Origin: Paramoeba atlantica
Lineage: Eukaryota > Protista > Discosea
Direction: 5' to 3'
DNA: 64,000 bases
Assembly: GCA_977017575.1 (NCBI GenBank)
Contig: CDRNVI010000003.1
Location: 1-64,000, forward strand
In this document: positions 43,148-56,250 of the stretch, one piece after another
Layout of the letters: each line of letters begins with the position of its first letter
How positions within the stretch are numbered: position 1 is the stretch's first letter
Program-made: the position numbers and the translations under genes
Notes under the pieces: model-generated
The model's input: the letters and a program-made list of their open reading frames with translations, nothing else
Databases searched by the model: none
What the model was told of the DNA's origin: nothing

Positions 43148-43911
43148 TTCTGAGAACTACCGTTGTCCGAAAGAGAGAGACAGACAAAAAATTCATCAGC
43201 ATTGTATGTAAACGGTTTAGAAACTTGCCCTTTGTACTTTTCTAGGTCAGAAAAAAAACCAACCGATGAGTCCACTACCTGCTTTGGGGTGGCCGTTCGA
43301 TCAGTAGTGACGAATACGTATTCCATTCTGCTGCATCCATTCCTTAGCCCACGAGACAGAAAATTTCAGCCTTCCACCGTCGATTGTAGTAGAGCCTGGG
43401 GTGCTCTTTTCTTTGATGCCACGCGCGGCGCCCGCCACTAAAGATGCACGTACGGAAGTTCCAGTTTCTCGAAGCTTTAGAAAAGCACTGAGTAAAAGTT
43501 CATTTTCAGATGGAGAAAGCATAGGGACACGACCTCGATTTCCAACTTTATTTAATGAATTCAAGCCTTTGTAGAAACTTATTGTTGAGGCAGAAACGTT
43601 GCGCTTGAATTTTTTCTCGAACGTAACCTTCACGTTGTCGCGGTTGAAGCTTCCACGGGTCTGCGCGAACAACCATTCGCGGTGATCATCACTCAGCTGC
43701 CCTCGAGATGAAGTTGCGTCTTGGATAAGCTCTGAAACGACGCTCTCCACGATCAAGTGGCCGCGTATATCAGAACCCATTATGCAAATTTCTGGAAAGC
43801 TCGAGAAAAAAACTAAAATTCTGGTCAAAACTCAAAAAAATGGTCGATACTAATAAATACAATACTTTTTGCGTCGGCCATTTTTGTGGACAATACTTTT
43901 TGGCGGGGGTG
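43148..43911 (-). mobile_element. pogo-family transposon, terminal inverted repeat plus N-terminal half (CENP-B-like HTH, first catalytic D)
   Basis: LKFSVSWAKEWMQQNGIRIRH, TYNADEFFV; TIR 43891-43911 followed by TA. Confidence 0.85.
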
Positions 43912-44499
43912 TATTTGTTTTCGCTAAAAAGGAATCGGCAAAAAAACGGGCCACGTCCGGGCCAAATTTGGGGAAAAAGTGAACAAACTCTTTGGCGACC
44001 AATTAATAGGTATTAGGTATTAATAGGTTATTAAGTTTTTTTGCCGATTCCTTTTTAGCGAAAACAAATATATTTGATTTTCAAACTTGAGTTAGGGGAA
44101 GTGATACCACACGCCTTGAAGAATATTTTTTACCGACACAACAAGTGGTAACTCTGCGTTGTGCTTGCAGGATGTGTCCGGCCCAATTTTCAAAAAAATT
44201 TGTGGGGCGACCGTGAAATATTTTTCTGATCGAAAAAAAAGTTAAAATAGGTATTTTTTGACGATAAGAAAAGTCTTTTTCTTGCATGAGTGTTTTCAAA
44301 CTGCGCACGAGCGGCCGAAGGCCACGAGTATCTCCCGGTTTGCAGAGCATTCTGATGTGGCAAAAGGGTCTTTAACTTTATTCCCGCACCGGATCTTTGT
44401 TCCTTGGACCCCCGCAACTGCCGAACAGAGCCATCAATATACATATGAACCTCACCCTCACTAACCAACCAATGCGATCCGACCAATCAAGGGGGGTAT

Positions 44500-45310
44500 A
44501 ACTACCACCGCGTTTAACGAAGAGCTTAAAAAAGAAAATTTGGTCTGGAAAGCTGAAGAAAACAGAATGATTATAGCCAAAAATAGCCCATTTTCGGGTA
44601 AAAATGGGGCCACTTTTGCGTATTTATGCACTCAGAGCACTAAATCTGACATTTACTGGCGGGAAATCACTCGCAGGCAAGAATGAAAGCCTACCAAACG
44701 TTTTGGGAAGAGAATACGACTCCAACCATACCATTTTTTCGACCCAAAAAGGCCCCTTGGGGTCCGAAAAAAATAGGCCATTTTGGCAGGCATACCACGG
44801 ATCGAAGAATTGATAGCCTGCGAAAACAACTGCGCAGCAAGCTAGTATAAGTCCCAAACTATAAAAATTGAGGTGGTTGTAAAACTACCGCTCTACCCTC
44901 GATTATTGAACAAAAAGTGAACGAAAACAGTGCAAATATAAAGAGGAACACAGTAATATAATAGAAGAAAAAAATATAAAAGGGGGCTCCGGTGGTCCAA
45001 AACTGAAAAAAAGAAAATTGAAAAAAATGGGGGGTCCATGGGGGGGTCTGGGGGGGGTCATGGTGTCCGGAGGGGGTCATGGTCGAGCAAATTTTTTCTA
45101 AAAAAATTAGTTTTCGAAAAAAAACCGCAGAAAGGGTAGCCGGGGTCTTGGCGCACATTTTTCACCCCACTACCCGGGGGTGACCTCCCTGCGTATCCGC
45201 AGGACGGGTCCGCCAAGTTCGGATTTTTTCGGAAAAAAAATTTGAAAAAATTTCACCTTGGCGAAAAAAATGGCAAAAACAATATTTTTCCAAAATCGTT
45301 TCCCCTATTC
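44500..45310. repeat. Fused hairpin-ended dispersed repeat copies (partly the inverted duplicate of 1775-2295)
   Basis: Shares the same fusion junction and variants as the left-hand copy. Confidence 0.8.
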
Positions 45311-45469
45311 TATTTTGACAGTTTGGGAACTCATTCGGTTTCGGTATTTTCTAGGTACCTCCTGCATTACAACTCGCAAGCTTCTCAACGGATACCTGAA
45401 AATGAACGATTTTATACCCCAAAAGAATCCGGAGCAATCCGGAATGATTTGGATTTTTTTTACACCTTT

Positions 45470-46125
45470 CTCTACGGCCTTGCGTGTCACACACTTCCAG
45501 GTAAAGTTTGGCCTTTCTAGGTGTATTACCGGAACAAGGTGGAGAAATATCAAATGAAACCAAAGCGTATACACGTATATCAGGCCCCGGACTCTCAAAA
45601 AACGGTCTAGGAGTTGATTTGGGAAAAATATTTTTTTTGACTTTCACCTATAATTTTTCAGTTCATTTTTTCAAAATTTCAAAAATTGCTATGATCACCC
45701 TGGTGGGGAGGTGGTGGCAGGGGGTACCCATCGGAATTGTTGAAAAACTAGTTATTTTGTCATTCAATTCGATTCATACGTCTGCCTTTTTTCCTTGCGC
45801 CTCCTCCTTCCTCTGCGGCCTTGCGTGTCACACACTTCCAGGTAAATTTTGGACTTTGTAGGTGTATTATCGGCGCAGAGGAGGAATATCGGATGAAATC
45901 AAAGAGTATACAGGTATATAAGGCTCCAAACTCTCAAAAAACGGTCTAGGAGTTGATTTGGGAAAAGTATATTTTTTCACTTTCACCCATAAACTTTTAG
46001 TTTTTTTTTGCAAAATTTCAAAAATTACTATGATCACCCTGGGAGGTGGGGGGGGGGGCAGGGGGTACCCATCGAAATTGTTGAAAAACTTATAATCTTG
46101 TCACTCAATTCGATTCATACATCTT
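45470..46125. repeat. Two diverged tandem ~330-bp units; the unit start also occurs at ~21250 and ~23550
   Basis: CTTGCGTGTCACACACTTCCAGGTAAA...GGAGTTGATTTGGGAAAA...GGGGTACCCATCG...CAATTCGATTCATAC occurs twice. Confidence 0.75.
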
Positions 46126-47206
46126 TGTAAACATTTTTTTTGAAAACTCACCTGAAACGATATCGGGCCACAAATCGGGGACGACGAATTAACCTACCTA
46201 TGGTAGCGAGGGGGTAGTATCTCCCTCAATTATTCGTAGTTATCTCCCTACAATCTTCGCGTGTATTGTGCGCATTATGTTCTGCAGTAAGAAGCATTTT
46301 TTTTTGTTAGATAATGATCGAAGGGAAAATATCGTCTTTTTAAAAATTCTGAAAACTGAAATTTTGTATATTCGTTCAATCCGACCACAAGAAGTGAGTT
46401 ATAATTATAAAAATTAATGATCCCGTATAAATGACCGCTATTCCAAAAAAAGGTCGGCGTTAGTACGATCTGTAAGATGGTAGTGCCAGGGAAGACCGCG
46501 AGTAGGTCCCGACCATGCTTCCCCATGCTGTTTTTTTTCAGTGAATCGCGTTTTACAAAAATCAGTATCTTCATCTCAGAAAGAAAATCCCCCCCAAAAA
46601 GATTGTCTTTTCCCCTACATGAGCATTTTTTCACGAATCAATCTAATATCTGAAGCTGAGCGGGTTGAAACTAGAGATTTACGATCCCGACCGATCCCAC
46701 CTGTCCTGGTTGAATTTACGTGGAAGAAAAGACTTGGTGAAAACGCGAGTTCTAGAAGAACTCCTAGGATCCGGCAGTGCAATATGCATTACGACATAGG
46801 ATTGCGACCGAGCAACGAAGACGCTCCTTCGGACAAATTAGGCCCGCAGTCGGCTGGGCGACTTATCCGCTTTTTCCTATTTTTTCGACTTTTTGGCAGG
46901 CTAAGTCAAGGGAGGGGGGGTGACGGTACATCTAAAAACGCATAAAAGAAACATTTCTTTAAGAAAGTAAGTGATATTACATGCCTTCTATGCCTCCAGC
47001 ATAGAAATCAACCATTTGCGCTTTTCTGTAAGAAATTTCTTCGAAGCGCGTCCATCCACGTTCACAAAATAATCCATCTTAAGTAGAATAACAGAAAAAA
47101 TTCTTTGGTTTACAAAAAAATTAAGAAATAGCGTTCGATAAATTTCATGGTCGAGCAATTGACATTTCATGTCATGGTCGAGCAATTTTTTATGAAAAAA
47201 ATATTT

Positions 47207-48776
47207 GGGTCAACTGCAGTCAAAATGTACCCTAAATTTGTTTTTTCTAAAAACTGTATATTTCCATCACATATGTGTTCCTTTTTTGTTTTTACGCAAA
47301 TTTGCATATGAATAAGACAATTTACCGATAATTTCTGCCTCGTCTACAACAAATTCGATAGGTCTTCTGATGAAAATTCCGATTTTAATAGAACTGAATG
47401 GTTTTCATCCACCCCAAGTTCCCGCATCAAAATGAAATATATATGCTTACATCGATTGCCCAGACGTCCGTCACGGCAAGTGCATCGAGCACCACCAGGA
47501 CCAACATAAATAGTGTAGTGGCGGTCAGTGGCACTTTTTATCATATACTTGTGGAATCCCATTTCATCCCTTCCATATCTGCGTTTGAGTCTTATATGTT
47601 CAGTGAGCGCTCGACCTAGTCGCGTGGTTGGGCTTTCATAATCTTCCTGAAGGTCCGCACTAGAGTCACTGGAAACTTCCGCATCTTCTTCATTTGACTG
47701 ATCTCCGTATACCGCGCTATTGTCAGAGGAGTATCTCGCCATAACAGTCATAAGGTTCTGAAAACGCTTTTTAGCTTCCGCCTTGAAGAAGACCGTGCAA
47801 ATAAAATGCGCTCGTGCCTGACAGCTTTCCAAACTTCTGCCCCATTTGTGAAAAAAACGCTTGCAGTAACCCTTTACACTGGCATGGGCAGACTCTGCGT
47901 TGTTGATATGAATGTTGACGTGCGGGGAGTGCTCTCGCGAGAATGCATCAGCGTGGCAAATAGTGTAATGTCGGCAAAAGGCATCGATTCCACGATATGC
48001 AGCCCACTCATCAGTAATTACCATGGCATTTCTATTTTCTATGACTGATCGGACAAACCTGTGGCAAACCTCTCTCGTTCGGCGAACCGTTGCCTCCCAG
48101 TATGTTTGCAATGATTTCCCGGTGTTTGGATCAACCTCTGTAGCCGTCATAAACCAGAACTTTTGTTTGCGGACTTGTCTCCCGCGATGGTGCAGGCGTT
48201 TCCCAATGTATGTCTCATCCACCATAACGTACTTCATGAGCATGTGCGGGGAACGGGGAATGCTGAATATGCGTTCAATTTCACTTAGGTCTGTAAGAAC
48301 TGAACGAAGAGACCTGAGCGCTTCCAAAGCTGCGTTCAAGGGCAGGTTACCTTGCGCTAGAAGCAGCCAACATCGAAATTTATCAACAATTCGACAGTTT
48401 AAAGGAAAAAAGGGGCCAAATTTCGGAATTTTTGGCGGCACTTCGAACCGTCTTCGAGTTTTTTGAAGCATTGATCGCTTCTCGGTTTCTCTTTGCAGCG
48501 AAGACACTGTGTATAAGCCCCGAAAGAGTGATTTACTAGCCAGGAAACAACATTCTCTGACGTTATTTGCAAAATTGACGTAACTAGCGTCAAGCACGCA
48601 AAAGTTCTACACCCTGAGCAGTCCATTCAATGGTTTAAGACGTAAACAAAGCTTAAAAGTGGGTGAAAATGACTCAAAACTATCAAGTAAATAATTAATC
48701 ACACATATTTTTTTGACAAAAAAAAGTAAAAAGTAAAAAATGAAATTTAGGGTACAGTTTGACTGCATATTACCCA
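47207..48776 (-). mobile_element. Merlin (IS1595-like) DNA transposon; transposase with C-terminal SWIM-type Zn finger; one frameshift near 48410
   Basis: VMVDETYIG...RGR, VITDEWAAY, HYTICH, HINNAES; C-terminal RCTCRD...RCKHIYFIL; ~35-bp imperfect TIRs starting GGGT; 8-bp TSD AAATATTT. Confidence 0.9.
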
Positions 48777-49350
48777 AATATTTTTCGAAATAAAGTCGCA
48801 GGAGGGGTAGCCGGGCTCTTGGCGCGTATTTTCCACCCCCTACCCGGGGGTGACCCCCCTGCGTATCCGCAGGACGGGTCCACCAAGTCCAGATTCTTTC
48901 GGATTTTGTTTTTGAAAAAAAATTCAACTTGGCGAAAAAAATGGCAAAAAAAATATTTTTTCAAAATCCTTTGCCCTATTGTATTTTGATAGCTTGGTTT
49001 CCGCACCGTTGTTTTCGCAAGATATCCCTTCTTGCATCCGTGGTAGGCCTCCCAAAATAACCCATTTTTGAATAGAAAAAGTGAAAAAGTATTTTTCGGA
49101 CCCCAAGGGGCTTTTTTGTATCCAAAGAATGGTGTGGTTGGAGTTGCATTCTCTACCCAATATGTTCGGTAGGCTTTCATTCATGTCTACGGGTGATTTC
49201 CCACACGCAAAGGTCTGATTTAGTGCTCTGAGAGCAAAAATACGCAAAAATGACCCCATTTTTACCTAAAAATCGGCTATTTTTGGCTACGATCATTCCG
49301 TTTCTTCTAAGTTGAAAACAACCACCGTGTTTAACGAAGAGCCTAAACAA
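48777..49350. repeat. Diverged hairpin-ended repeat copy hosting the Merlin insertion (left remnant ~47140-47206)
   Basis: CATGGTCGAGCAATTTTT left of the element continues as TTTTTCGAAA...GGGTAGCCGGG right of it, as in the consensus. Confidence 0.75.
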
Positions 49351-49444
49351 AATTGCGGTGGTTGTATAGCTACCGCTCTACCCTCGATTATTGCCAAAAA
49401 AAGTGAACAAAAACAGTGAAAATATAAAGGGGAACACAGTAATA

Positions 49445-51230
49445 CATAGCTTGGACTAGTAAACTAGTAATTACTAAAAGTAGTAAACAGGCTAGTAATT
49501 ACTACTAGTAATTACTAAAGTTACTACTTTTTTGGTCACGTACTTTTGGTCAGATTTAGGTAACATGTTAAGCTTTGGAAGAGCTCTACTTTACAGAAAC
49601 GGTATTTTTATTGTTGTGGAGACTGAATATCACCATCCTCCATTCATCTGAATATCTCAATACTATTCTCAACATTAATATTTCAATATTGATGTGTACT
49701 ACAAAACATACTCCAAAACGTAAGCTCCGATAAATAAACTGATATCGATTTTTAAACTTAGTCATTCTGTTCACATGGGGGAGAACAAAGCGATTGAATA
49801 GAGCCCACGGAAAAAATCCACATGAAAACAGAAGCAAAACTCGTAAGCACAATCGAGCACATAATTTAATTTTTACCAGCTCCGAAAATGACATGCTCGC
49901 CCAAGTTCAAAGTCCGTCCTGCATATCTCGCACAATGATGCAAAAAGAATAAATGATGATAATTCAAAATCGGGGGTTCGCCCAAGTTCGGAATCCTTCG
50001 TACAGTTTGCGCACAATAGAGTAATGCAAATAAGAGTTCTACAAAACCCGTAAATTACCTCGAAGAAACATCTGCGTTGACACAACGTCAGTACCAATAG
50101 AAGCTTGGCGAGCTGAGTACTTGTGACCTAATATGGAGAGTATAGAGTCACAGCCACAAAGTAGCCTTTGTGCTTGGGGTGGTAAATCGGGGGCAGTACG
50201 AAATGCTTACGACCAACGTACAAAATCGCAATCAGGACATGCTCATGTAATACGGTATCAACCCCACCATCCACTGCCATGCCAAAAAACGTTGCTCGAT
50301 CAAGCTGTTCATTGACCAAGGCCCACACCTTGTCGGCGACGCGGCGTTCGTAGCGGTGAAACACCTTCGCACTAGGTGTTGCGTCGATGGCATCCTTTGA
50401 AACTATTTTAGAGGGGCGGAGAGCTTCATATTCTGCAACGAACTTAAGGAAAGCATCCGTCGACAGACTATGTTTCGCGGCAAGACGTGGCCAATCAATT
50501 TGTACAAACTGCTGGACTTGGGCTTTCTGTGATTTCGCATCTACTTGTGCGTCGTTGTCGCTGATTGCGCCTGTGCAAGTCTTTAAGTGCTTATAGCACA
50601 ATGCTTCAATCCTACTGTGTGTTATAAAAGAGCATTGCGTACATTTCACGTGTCTAGCGTGGCCCATGCTGTCGCATTTAATGGTGTTGACGGGGTTTTC
50701 GGCATTTTTTACGGCCCAAGCTTCACATCCTTTTTCAGCGCATGTGAAGTCACATCTCTCATAAACCAAGATGTTTTGATTTCTGAGAGAATCGAACGAT
50801 AGGGGGTCATTTCCAATATTGCTTCTTCCTCTACGAGGGCGAGGAGAATCCTGGATCAACGCATTTTCCGCGTTAACCGCTATTTGTGTTGGAGTTGTTT
50901 CTAGTCGCTCCATTACGGCAGCCGCGTTTTCTCGATGAGCTTGCGCAGTGGCGTTCCTGCGTCTTCGAGTGTTCGGGGGAGAAGGGTACTCGATCGGACT
51001 TTTCATTTATGTGAAAAAGTGCTGGAGCTTAAAATAAGTTTAGAACGTCAAATAATGAGGATGTCACGTACATTCTATTTTCTTCGCATTAAATTATTTA
51101 ATACAATGTATATTTAAAATATACATTGTATGCAAAATTTACGTGTGGGAAAAAAGTAGTAATTACTACTTTTTAAGTAGTAACTTTAGTAACTACTATA
51201 GTAATTACTAGTTTACTAGTCTAAGCTATG
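49445..51230 (-). mobile_element. Truncated hAT-like DNA transposon with BED-like Zn finger; ORF 50128-51006
   Basis: VKCTQC...YKHLKTC, FFGMAVDGGVD; TIRs CATAGCTTGGACTAGTAAACTAGTAATTACT / AGTAATTACTAGTTTACTAGTCTAAGCTATG; 6-bp TSD GTAATA in a hairpin-ended repeat host. Confidence 0.75.
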
Positions 51231-51759
51231 GTAATATAATAGAAGAAAAAAATATAAAATATTAGATATGGGATCGGGTGGTCCAAAATTGAAAAAAATA
51301 GAGGGTCCATGGGGGGGGTCCAGGGGGGGGCATACGTCGTTTTTTGAAATTTGCAAACTCTCGATTTTCGAAATCGAGCGCTGGGGTCCGACAAGGTGAA
51401 AATTTCCGAAATGTTTGGGGTGACCAAAAAAAATATTTTTTTGACACAAAAAAGAGTAGAAATATTAATTTTACAAAATCGTGTCCTAAAACGTATTTTA
51501 AGAGTTTGGGACCTCAGCTACCATTTTACGACGTTTTTGTCGACAGATTCGACTACTGCTCCCACTGGTAATACATCAAAAACGGCCCAAATTCGGTTTG
51601 AAATTTCGCAATTTTCGCCGAAAAATCCAGCTTTTTCACCCAAAAAAATAGATTATTCATCTATTATATGAATATTTATCTATTATATGAATATGAAATT
51701 TTTTTTTCACCCTTTCTTTTGACCCGGCTACTTAAGCGCAATTTTAGGCCAAAACCTGG

Positions 51760-52250
51760 TTGCGTCTAAGTGGGGGGGACAGTATGTACAAAATGCAAAC
51801 CGTGTTTTTGGTGGCCAGCTGGCCACTTTTTCGAGAAAAAAAAATCTGAAAAAAAATTTGTTCCGAATTTGTCTTTTTGGCGATCTTGAGCAAATAATTT
51901 TTTTTTCGATTTTTTTAGTAAAGTGTCGATGTCGGGAATCGAACCGCGGACTTTCGGCGTCAAAATGGAACCCCTTTACCAACTGGACTACTCAAAGCAC
52001 GCTCCTTAGTCAACCAGTTTGTCGTATCGCAGACGTTTGCACACGCACTTTGTTTTACGAAAAACGTTCTAAAATTTGAGAAATAAGGTTGTTTTAGATG
52101 ATTTTTAGAGTATTTAAGAGTTCATCTAATGACCTACTGCTACGTTTTGGAATTTTGAAAAAACTCGATCTTATGCTTCTTTGGCGATCTTTTTCAGTTT
52201 TTGGAATTAACATTAGTAAGCGAGTTAGATACTCCGTATCTCCCTCAATT
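51760..52250. repeat. Third copy of dispersed repeat Y including the tRNA-like segment (51923-51997, minus strand)
   Basis: Collinear with 42440-42885. Confidence 0.8.
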
Positions 52251-52407
52251 TGAATATTATAGTGTTAATTTGAATAAAGTAGCGCCCTGATTAGCGAAAA
52301 ATATGATTTTGGTGGATGACAAAGCAAAGGTTTGTCTAAAATCCGGTTCATCATGCCAAAAATTAGCGATTTGAATATTATAGCGTTATTTGAATAATAT
52401 AGTGTTA

Positions 52408-53312
52408 ATTGCGGTGGTTGTAAAACTACTGCTCTACCCTCGATTGTTGAAAAAAAAGTGAACAAAAACAGTGAAAATATAAAGAGGAACACAGTAATAT
52501 AATAGAAGAAAAAAATATAAAAGGGGGCTCCGGTGGTCCAAAACTGAAAAAAAAAATTGAAAAAAATGGGGGGTCCATGGTGGGGGGGGTCCAGGGGGGG
52601 TCCAGGGGGGGGTCCAGGGGGGGGTCATGGTCGAGCAAATTTTTCGAAAAAATTAGTTTTCGAAAAAAAACCGCAGAAAGGGTAGCCGGGGTCTTGGCGC
52701 GCATTTTCCACCCCCCTACCCGGGTGACCCCACTGCGTATCCGAAGGACGGGTCCGCCAAGTTCGAATTTTTTCGGAAAAATGTTTTTGAAAAAAATTTC
52801 AACTTGGCGAAAAAAATGGTAAAAAAAATATTTTTCCAAAATCGTTTCCCCTATTGCATTTTGATAGTTTGGGACCTACACTAGCTTTCTCCGCAGTTGT
52901 TTTCGCAAGGTATCCCTTCTTCGAACCGTGGTGCGCCCCTCAAAATGACCCATTTTTGATTAAAAAAGGTGAAAAAGTATTTTTCGGACCTAAAGGGGCA
53001 TTTTTGTGTCGAAAGAGTGGTATGGTTGGAGTCGCATTCTCTACCCAATACGTTCGGTAGGCTTCCATTCATGCCTACTAGTGATTTCCCACGCGCAAAT
53101 GTCGGATTTAGTGCTCTGAGAGCAAAAATACGCGAAAATCACCCGATTTGTACCCGAAATTCGACTATTTTTGGCTATAATCTTTCCGTTTTCCAGGCTA
53201 AATTCTCTTTTTTAGGCTCTTCGTTAAACGCGGCGGTAGTTTTCAACGCGAAGCGCGCAGCATGAGTGACTTCTAAGTTGAAGACAACCACCGCGTTTAA
53301 CGAAGAGCCTAA
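52408..53312. repeat. Full-length hairpin-ended dispersed repeat
   Basis: Both terminal hairpins present. Confidence 0.87.
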
Positions 53313-53433
53313 AATATTATAGCGTTATTAAATAATATACCGTTCCCCGGGTTATATGTTGCAGCAAAGTCAGTATCCACCCATTGCAGACAAGAAGTAC
53401 ACCCGGAAGGAATAATGCAGGGCATGCAACCTA

Positions 53434-55784
53434 CACCCCAGTCAAATTTTATTGTCGCTAATATTCATGGTACAAAAATTATTGAATTTTTAATTAAAAA
53501 TGGTCGTTTTTTGCCTGCGTTTTATTTATTTTTATTTTTTGTCAACCGCTCGAGATGGTCAACCAGGACATTGCTCAGCATTTTTTGGTAGCGAATTCGT
53601 TCCATCAGACGAAGAAAAGTCAGCCGTCCTCGACAGGTTTAGCGCCGGACGAGCGCGAATGGCTTTTTGACAACACTCGAGGTGCATGTAAAAATGCACT
53701 AGTTATGGAGAGATTTTTGGATCAATTTGGACGAGTAATTTCGGCTGCTTGCGTTTCTTAATATAAGGGCATGCGCTCGCTAGAAAACATCGGTAGTCGC
53801 GGCCGGCGTGGCCTACTTACGGGAGAGGAATCTTCACTTGTCCAAGCTTTCGACAAAATGAGGGAGCAAGCTGTCCCAGTGTACGCGGCTCTTGTAGATA
53901 GTGTGGCCCGCGGTATCAAAGAGCAATCTTCCCCGAAATCCACATCCCTAAAGAGGGGTCCTCTGAAGTTTTCGCTATCATGGGCAAAGGACTGGATGAA
54001 GCAAAATAACATTCGTGTCCGCCACGCTACTAGCGATCGAACTGTTACGCCGAATGAAGTTGTTGAGGCATCTAAAACATTCTTTTCACAGCTTGAAAGC
54101 TATAAAAATGGTTGCGAAAAAGGGCTTGTGTTTAACACAGACGAATTCTTTGTGTGTCTGGGATTAGGACAAGCAAATGCCACTTGGACCTGGGAACGCA
54201 TTGATCCAGGCGAGTCCCGCACAATTTCAGTTCGTCGTGAAAAGCAAGGTTTCACTTGCAACGTTCTTTCACCTGCAGCTGGAGAAATCAAAATGTTACA
54301 GTCTATATTCCAGGGAACGAGTCGCGTATTCGTCAATGTTGGTAGCGACCCACGTGTTCTACAATGTGCCCCGAAAGGATCTCATTTTCAAGACGCCTCG
54401 ACGTGGGCAACTTTTTTGAGTCGCTTTAAGGAGAGACTTGCCTCCGAACGTGAAGCTATGAAGAAGCCCGTTGCCCCCGCCCTTTTGATTATTGATGAAG
54501 CCACTCAGCATAGTGGTACTGATGAGATTCTTATTGGCTCTTCTTGCGACGTAGTTCGTATTCCCAAGAAAATGACGCATGTCTTTCAACCTGCAGATCA
54601 GTTTGTAATCTCTGGCCTAAAACAACGCGCTATTCAGCTCTACAACGATGATGTATCCCGCATCTTTGCGCGTTCCGACCTCAATTCAGCCATCTCCAAC
54701 GTTATTTGCACATCGCGAACACTTTTCCGAGAGAAAAAAGTGTCGTACATTGTGCAGGCTATGCAAGAACTTCCCCAAGCTCAGATTATGGCCTCCTGGG
54801 AAATAACCGAAATTCCAGTGGTCTTATTTGGCAGCAAAAAAACCGACCGTCACGTCTCGATGCCTACAAGCATTTGCAAACTCATTTACATATGTCTAGT
54901 GGTGCGATTTTCTTGGATGATGAAGGTTCCGACGAAATTAATACCTCATCCATGGGGAACGCAGAAGGGGACGTCAATATAATAGAAGAGAACGAAAATT
55001 CGATAGCAAGCGCCACAATCGAAAGAAGCGCACCTGGAGAAAAGCGAAAACGCGGCCGACCTCGTAAGGTACTCTCAACTGAAGAACTGGAACTCCAGAG
55101 ACGAGAGGCTGAAGATATCACGAATCTACGCCAGCGACTTCGTGGAATGACGCGAAGACAAAAGGAGCGCTATAAATCCGCTCAGAGTCTGCCGTTTACT
55201 CCTCTCTCATTGTACGGAATCGGTCCTAAAGTTTAGTTGCTGTGACTCCCCTTTTGATGAGCACCTCCAAAATATTTTTGAGTGTATTGAATTTTCTGAT
55301 GGTATTGAATTTTCTGATGGTATTGAATTGTGAAAGTGCGCAATAACATTTACTCAGATTTTATGCTGATATTTTGTGGGTTTTTTTCCATGTTTTGTTC
55401 TATCGGTCTACACTTTTTCCCCGCACTAGATATTAAAATGAAATATTTTAACGCGCGCTCTTTTTTGTTATTCACCTTTGTACGCAACATTAGCTGCATT
55501 GTTTCAATACATGCATTGCTTTTATCTACCAATAAGAGTACAATGATAAATTCTCTGTTGGAATGCACCCTCGCACCATTTCACTCCTACCTGACGAAGG
55601 CCATGAGACGAGCAACCCGCCAGCCCACGGTAGTCAATAAGAACGTGAAAACACTACGACGGGCGCTTAATTTCCCACAGCCCAAGATTTGCGCATGTAC
55701 ACATTTCTACAAAAATTGAATTTTAAATTAAAAGTTGTCCGGCTTCGACACCAATTAAAAATTCAATAATTTTTGGCGGCAGTG
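53434..55784 (+). mobile_element. Near-complete pogo-family transposon with two frameshifts; C-terminal AT-hook
   Basis: LKFSLSWAKDWM, VFNTDEFF, LLIIDEATQH, IPKKMTHVFQPADQ; KRGRPRK in ORF 54706-55236; ends TA+CACCCCAGTCAAATTTTATTG and inverse TA+CACTGCCGCCAAAAATTATTG. Confidence 0.87.
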
Positions 55785-55924
55785 TATTTCGCAAAGACCG
55801 TTGAGCGAACCTTCTGTTAAGTGAACTCGGCAAGAATCCAAAACTGCAATGCCGCGCTCAAGGTGGAGATGTCCCAATTTATGTTTCAAAGAAGGAAGAA
55901 ATTTATTTTGATAAAATTCAGCGT

Positions 55925-56250
55925 TCACAACACCCTTGGGTGTCCAGGCCCTCCAATGTGAATAATAAAAAATGTGAATAATAACTGTATTTGTGAATAA
56001 TAACTGTATTTGTGAATAATAAAAAATGTGAATAATAACTGTGAGGGGGGTTTACTTTTTTGTCTATCTGATGAACCTTCACCTGCACGCTCGGCCGATA
56101 AGGCAGACTTTCCTTGTTCATCCAGAGCTCGCCACATGTTCTTAATGAGGAGAGACATGGGACGCTCATCGTCTGGATGAAGAGCTGTCTTGAAATGATA
56201 AAGCGCGAGGAAACGTGATGCACGAATATAGGCATCTTGCGGCCCCATTT
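55925..56250 (-). pseudogene. Possible HMG-box fragment
   Basis: FLALYHFKTALHPDDERPMSLLIKNMWRALDEQGKSALSAERA fits the HMG-box helix pattern (W-x-x-L-x-x-x-x-K). Confidence 0.4.
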
